A DNA stretch of 64,000 nt, from positions 64,001 to 128,000 of the forward strand of contig CAWCDG010000007.1 of the NCBI GenBank assembly GCA_963794325.1, in the 5' to 3' direction. A program made the position numbers and the translations under genes. The stretch's first letter is position 1. Each line of letters starts with the position of its first letter. The notes under the pieces were generated by a model. The model was given only the letters and a program-made list of their open reading frames with translations, had not been told where the DNA came from and searched no databases. Positions 59,757 through 64,000 of the stretch are shown one piece after another. The DNA comes from an uncultured delta proteobacterium. Its GTDB lineage: Bacteria; Desulfobacterota; Binatia; Binatales; Binataceae.

Positions 59757-60899
59757 ATGGGAGTGTTGTCAGGTTATCGCGTCATCGAGCTGGCCGGGAT
59801 TGGCCCCGGACCAATGTGTGCGATGCTGCTGTCGGACATGGGCGCTGACGTGCTGCGAATCGATCGCGTGGCCGACGCTGGATTGGGTATCGCGATGGAT
59901 CAGAAGTACAGCCTGCTCAATCGCGGCCGGCGCTCGGTCGCGTTCGATCTCAAAAAGCCCGAGGCGATCGAGGCCGTGCTTAAACTGGTCGATAAAGCCG
60001 ACGCGTTGATCGAAGGCTTTCGTCCCGGCGTGACCGAACGGCTCGGGCTTGGTCCGGACGATTGTCTCAAGCGCAATCCGCGCCTCATCTACGGGCGCAT
60101 GACGGGATGGGGCCAGGAAGGTCCGCTCGCGCTGGCCGCCGGCCACGACATCAATTACATCGCGCTGTCGGGCGCGCTGCACAGCTTCGGGCGCAGAGGC
60201 GACACTCCGGTGCCACCGCTCAACCTGGTGGGCGATTTCGGCGGCGGCGCGCTCTATCTGGCTCTGGGAGTGGTCGCGGGCCTGCTCGAGGCGCAGAAAT
60301 CCGGCAAGGGCCAGGTCGTCGACGCCGCGATGGTCGATGGAGCCGCATCACTGATGACTGCGATCTACGGCATGCACGGCTCGGGATTCTGGAACAACGA
60401 GCGCGGCGACAACATCCTCGACACCGGCGCTCACTACTACGAAGTTTACGAAACGAAAGACAGCAAGTACGTCGCGATCGGATCGATCGAGGCGAAGTTC
60501 TACGCTGAGCTGCTCGAAAAGTCAGGACTGAAGGGCGAGAAGTTGCCGCATCAGCAAGATCGCTCGCAATGGCCCGCGATGAAGGAGCGGCTGAAGACGA
60601 TTTTCCGCGCGAAGACCCGCGACGAGTGGTGCAAGATCATGGAGGGCAGCGATATCTGCTTCGCGCCGGTGCTCAACATGGATGAAGCGCCCAAGCATCC
60701 GCACAACAAGCATCGCGGAACTTTCATCGAGGAAGGCGGCGTAACGCAGCCGGGACCGGCGCCGCGATTCTCGCGGACGCCGAGCAAGATTCAGCGCCCG
60801 CCGGCCAAGCCCGGTGAGCATACCGAGGAAGCATTGCGCGACTGGGGTTTCGCCAAGGCGGATTTGGAGACGCTGCGCAAATGCGGCGCGATCAGCTAA
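59757..60899 (+). CDS. CaiB/BaiF CoA-transferase III (alpha-methylacyl-CoA racemase-like)
   Basis: LAGIGPGP, EGFRPGV.ERLGLGP, AGHDINY, LNLVGDFGGG. Confidence 0.93.
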   Translation: MGVLSGYRVIELAGIGPGPMCAMLLSDMGADVLRIDRVADAGLGIAMDQKYSLLNRGRRSVAFDLKKPEAIEAVLKLVDKADALIEGFRPGVTERLGLGPDDCLKRNPRLIYGRMTGWGQEGPLALAAGHDINYIALSGALHSFGRRGDTPVPPLNLVGDFGGGALYLALGVVAGLLEAQKSGKGQVVDAAMVDGAASLMTAIYGMHGSGFWNNERGDNILDTGAHYYEVYETKDSKYVAIGSIEAKFYAELLEKSGLKGEKLPHQQDRSQWPAMKERLKTIFRAKTRDEWCKIMEGSDICFAPVLNMDEAPKHPHNKHRGTFIEEGGVTQPGPAPRFSRTPSKIQRPPAKPGEHTEEALRDWGFAKADLETLRKCGAIS

Positions 60900-60926
60900 G
60901 CGTCTGACGAAAAGGAATTTCAAGCC

Positions 60927-61724
60927 ATGCCGATGGCTCAACTTGGCTCGATCGAACTCTACTATGAACGTGCCGGGCAAGGCGCGCCGCTGCTATTCAT
61001 CTCGGGCACGGGCGGCGACCTGCGCGTCAAGCCTAACGTGTTCGATGGGCCGCTGCCCAAATTGTTCGACCTTCTGGCCTACGACCAGCGCGGCCTCGGC
61101 CGCTCGGCCAAGCCGGACGTCGCCTACTCGATGGCCAACTACGCCGACGACGCGGCCGCTCTGCTGGAGCACGCGGGGTGGCCGGCGGCGAAGGTGATCG
61201 GCGTATCCTTCGGCGGCATGGTGGCCCAGGAGCTGGTCCTGAGGCATCCGGCCAAGGTCGAGCGGCTGGTGCTCGCCTGTACCTCGCCGGGCGGAGCGGG
61301 CGGCGCGTCCTATCCGTTCCACGAGATCCAGCATCTGAGGGGCGAAGAGCGCGCCCGTCATCTTATCTCGATTTCGGACACCCGCCTCGACGCGGCTTGG
61401 GCGGCGGCCCATCCCGACGATTACGGCCGGTTCGTTGCGATGGTCGGCGCTGATCCTTACGCCGGCGAGCCGGGCCGTGAGATGGGCGCGCGACGCCAAC
61501 TCGAAGCGCGCGCCGGACATGACACGTGGAACCGGCTGGAGCAGATCCGCTGCCCGGTGTTCATCGCGGCCGGGCGCTACGACGGCATCGCCTTGCCGGA
61601 GACCCAACACAAGCTTGCGAGCCGGATCGCCGGCGCGCGTCTGCGTTTCTTCGAGGGCGGCCACCTCTTCATGCTGCAGGATCGCGCGGCACTCCCGGCG
61701 ATCGCCGAGTTCTTGAACAGCTAG
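60927..61724 (+). CDS. Alpha/beta hydrolase
   Basis: YDQRGLGRS, GVSFGG, GRYD, GGHLF. Confidence 0.92.
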   Translation: MPMAQLGSIELYYERAGQGAPLLFISGTGGDLRVKPNVFDGPLPKLFDLLAYDQRGLGRSAKPDVAYSMANYADDAAALLEHAGWPAAKVIGVSFGGMVAQELVLRHPAKVERLVLACTSPGGAGGASYPFHEIQHLRGEERARHLISISDTRLDAAWAAAHPDDYGRFVAMVGADPYAGEPGREMGARRQLEARAGHDTWNRLEQIRCPVFIAAGRYDGIALPETQHKLASRIAGARLRFFEGGHLFMLQDRAALPAIAEFLNS

Positions 61725-61728
61725 ACGG

Positions 61729-64000
61729 CTATGGATGCAGCTCGTCGAGCAGCGCCTTGGCGTCCTTCAGGTCGGCGGTGTCGAAGCCTTCGGTGAACCA
61801 GTTGTAGATTTCGGCGAGCATCGCACGCGCCTCGTCGCGGCGGTCGGTACTCATCAGCATTCGCGCGAGCGAGGTCGTCGCGCGCAGTTCGAGCGATTTC
61901 GCCCCCTGCTGTCGGGCCTTCTTGATCGCGTGCTCGACCGACGCTCTCGCCAGAGCCGGATCGGAAGGACTCTGACCCAGCAGCAACTCGCCGCGAAGAC
62001 GATTAATTTCCGCTTCCCAGAAACATTCGCCGCTGCGACGGACCAGGTCCAGGGCGTCGCCGATTGCCTTCAAACCATGCTCGATGCGTCCGGCTCTCAG
62101 GCACGCATCGGCGAGAGTCGCGAGACTGAGCGTGAGCCACAACTCCTCTCGGTTGGCCGAAAGTGCATCGGTTTGTTCGCGTATCTGCCCTATTCCCTCC
62201 TCCGCTCTTCCAAGCTCGGTTAAGGCCCACCCTTTGACAACTCGCGCATGGCGCAGAACGTAGAGGAACCCCACGTCCTCCGCTGTGTTTATCGCGGCCC
62301 CGGCGATTTCCAGCGCAAGCTTCGGTTCCAGCATCATGCGATGAACGAGTGCCTTCTCGTACAAGGCGAAAGCTGCCGACACGGCGTCTCCAAGTTCATT
62401 CGCAAGTGAAACGGCCCGCTCCGCGCATCGCCGCGCCGCATCAGGACGACCGCGCAGCCATGATAGCTGCGCGTCCCATGCATAACCGCACACGGCCGGA
62501 TGATGAGCGGTGTAGAGCGGGACGGCAGCCGAACGAAGCTTCGACTCAAACAGCTTGAGCCCCCGCTCGACATGGCGTTGCGAGGCCTCCAGCTCACCTG
62601 CGGAAAGCGCCACCGACCAGTCATGATGGATCGCCTCGAGAAGGAAAACCGGATCGGGGTGGCGATCGACGAAATCCCAGATCGGCTTCTGCCGTTCGCG
62701 GGCTCCGCTCAAGTTGCCGCCGACGTAGAGCAGTCCAAACAATCCAACCAGTAGCGCGAACTGCTGCTCGGGTGTGGCTCCTGTCTCAGCCAGCCGCTCG
62801 GCGCGAAGATAGGCCCTCTCGGTTTCCGGCGCCGCCCACCCTTTGGTGGCCATCAGCGCGGGACCAAGGCTGGTTTGGATCGCGAATTCGCGCCGGTCCC
62901 GCTCGGGGCTGGATGGCGTGCGTTCAAGTAATTCCAAGGCGGCGGCCAGGTTCCGCATCGCCTCGCCGTACGCCAGTCGCCGAACGGCTCGGAGACCTGC
63001 GCTTTCGAGATAGTCGAGTGCCTTCGCGGAATTTCCGCTGCGGCTGTAATGATGGGCCAGTTCGTCGAGGTGGTCGTCGATTGAATTTGTGTAGAGACTC
63101 TCGAGAGCCGCACCGATTCGTCCATGAAGTTGTCTGCGCCGTTCCATCAGTACTGAGTTGTACGAGACCTCCTGGGTCAGCGCGTGCTTGAAGGTGTATT
63201 CAGAATCACCGATGGCCGGCTGCTCGTAGATGAACTCGCCGAGCTGGAGGACATCGAGCAGCCGCCTGGTCTCGTCATCCGGGATCGAGACCACCGCGCT
63301 AATCAGCGACAGCGGAAATTCGCGGCCAATTACCGCCAGCGTCTGTAACAGGTCTTTGGCATCCTGCGGCAGGCGGTCGATGCGCGCGGCGAGAATCGCC
63401 TGAACGGTCGGCGGGATCTTCAACTCGCCCAGCGCCTTGGTGAGTCTGACCGTCGAGCCGTCGCGCACCAGCGCACCCTCATCGAGCAACACCTGCACGG
63501 TCTCTTCCATGAAGAATGGATTGCCCTCGGTGCGTTCGATGATAAGCCGCTTAAGCGGTGCCATCGACGCGCCGTCGCCGAGCATCGCGGCCAGCATCTC
63601 CTCGGCTGACTCTTTGCCCAGCGGATCGAGCCGCAACTGGGTGTAGTAGGTCTTGGAGCCCCATTGATGCGAGTACTCGGGGCGGTAATTGACGAGCAGC
63701 AGAATCTTCGCATTGGCGATCGAGTCGGCGAGCAGACTCAACAGCGCCTGGGTCTCGTCGTCGATCCAGTGCAGGTCCTCGAAGATCACCATCAACGGCT
63801 GATTGAGCGACTCGCGCAGCAGGATCCGTTTGATCGCATCGAGCGTGCGCCGCTTCTTGACCTGCCCGTCCATCTGCGCCAGCGGATCCTCGCCCTCGAC
63901 AATCCCGAGCAGTGCGAACAGATACGGCAGGGTGTCCTCCTGCGCGCGATCGAGCATCAGAACCTTGCCGCCGATCTTCTCGCGCCGCGCGCGGGCATCG
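61729..64000 (-). CDS. Cyclase-associated STAND ATPase-TPR protein (3' part; runs off the window end)
   Basis: FEDLHWID, RTEGNPFFMEE, FKHALTQEV, family terminus AKSLELRATTSLAR...FTEGFDTADL. Confidence 0.92.
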   Translation of the reverse strand, partial: DARARREKIGGKVLMLDRAQEDTLPYLFALLGIVEGEDPLAQMDGQVKKRRTLDAIKRILLRESLNQPLMVIFEDLHWIDDETQALLSLLADSIANAKILLLVNYRPEYSHQWGSKTYYTQLRLDPLGKESAEEMLAAMLGDGASMAPLKRLIIERTEGNPFFMEETVQVLLDEGALVRDGSTVRLTKALGELKIPPTVQAILAARIDRLPQDAKDLLQTLAVIGREFPLSLISAVVSIPDDETRRLLDVLQLGEFIYEQPAIGDSEYTFKHALTQEVSYNSVLMERRRQLHGRIGAALESLYTNSIDDHLDELAHHYSRSGNSAKALDYLESAGLRAVRRLAYGEAMRNLAAALELLERTPSSPERDRREFAIQTSLGPALMATKGWAAPETERAYLRAERLAETGATPEQQFALLVGLFGLLYVGGNLSGARERQKPIWDFVDRHPDPVFLLEAIHHDWSVALSAGELEASQRHVERGLKLFESKLRSAAVPLYTAHHPAVCGYAWDAQLSWLRGRPDAARRCAERAVSLANELGDAVSAAFALYEKALVHRMMLEPKLALEIAGAAINTAEDVGFLYVLRHARVVKGWALTELGRAEEGIGQIREQTDALSANREELWLTLSLATLADACLRAGRIEHGLKAIGDALDLVRRSGECFWEAEINRLRGELLLGQSPSDPALARASVEHAIKKARQQGAKSLELRATTSLARMLMSTDRRDEARAMLAEIYNWFTEGFDTADLKDAKALLDELHP

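Overview
GC-rich (roughly 60-65%, estimated by eye) chromosomal window from a diderm bacterium (waaF, lpxD, outer-membrane porins). Gene style suggests a soil Binatota/deltaproteobacterial-like organism, which is inference only. It holds about 50 mostly metabolic or envelope CDS, a minus-strand Pro-Arg-His-Lys tRNA cluster, Ku-LigD NHEJ, two paralogous cyclase-STAND ATPases and two large Thr/Ala-stalked surface proteins. No CRISPR array, rRNA or intact transposase was seen. Best second-look items: (1) an unannotated ~125-nt structured RNA with three UCCCC motifs, behind a near-consensus sigma-54 promoter and ending in a terminator (39711-39835); (2) a UGSC-family selenoprotein that the ORF track splits at an in-frame UGA followed by a SECIS-like hairpin (7138-7659); (3) a deletion or chimeric junction near 6890 joining a truncated cyclase to the tail of the selenoprotein's partner gene; (4) a coupled diiron ferritin-like plus SCP2-like gene pair facing a desaturase; (5) a +1 frameshift separating a giant NHL surface protein from its terminal Ig-like domain; (6) several operator palindromes, Pho-box-like repeats and REPIN/MITE-like elements. 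All family calls are from motif recognition without database searches.
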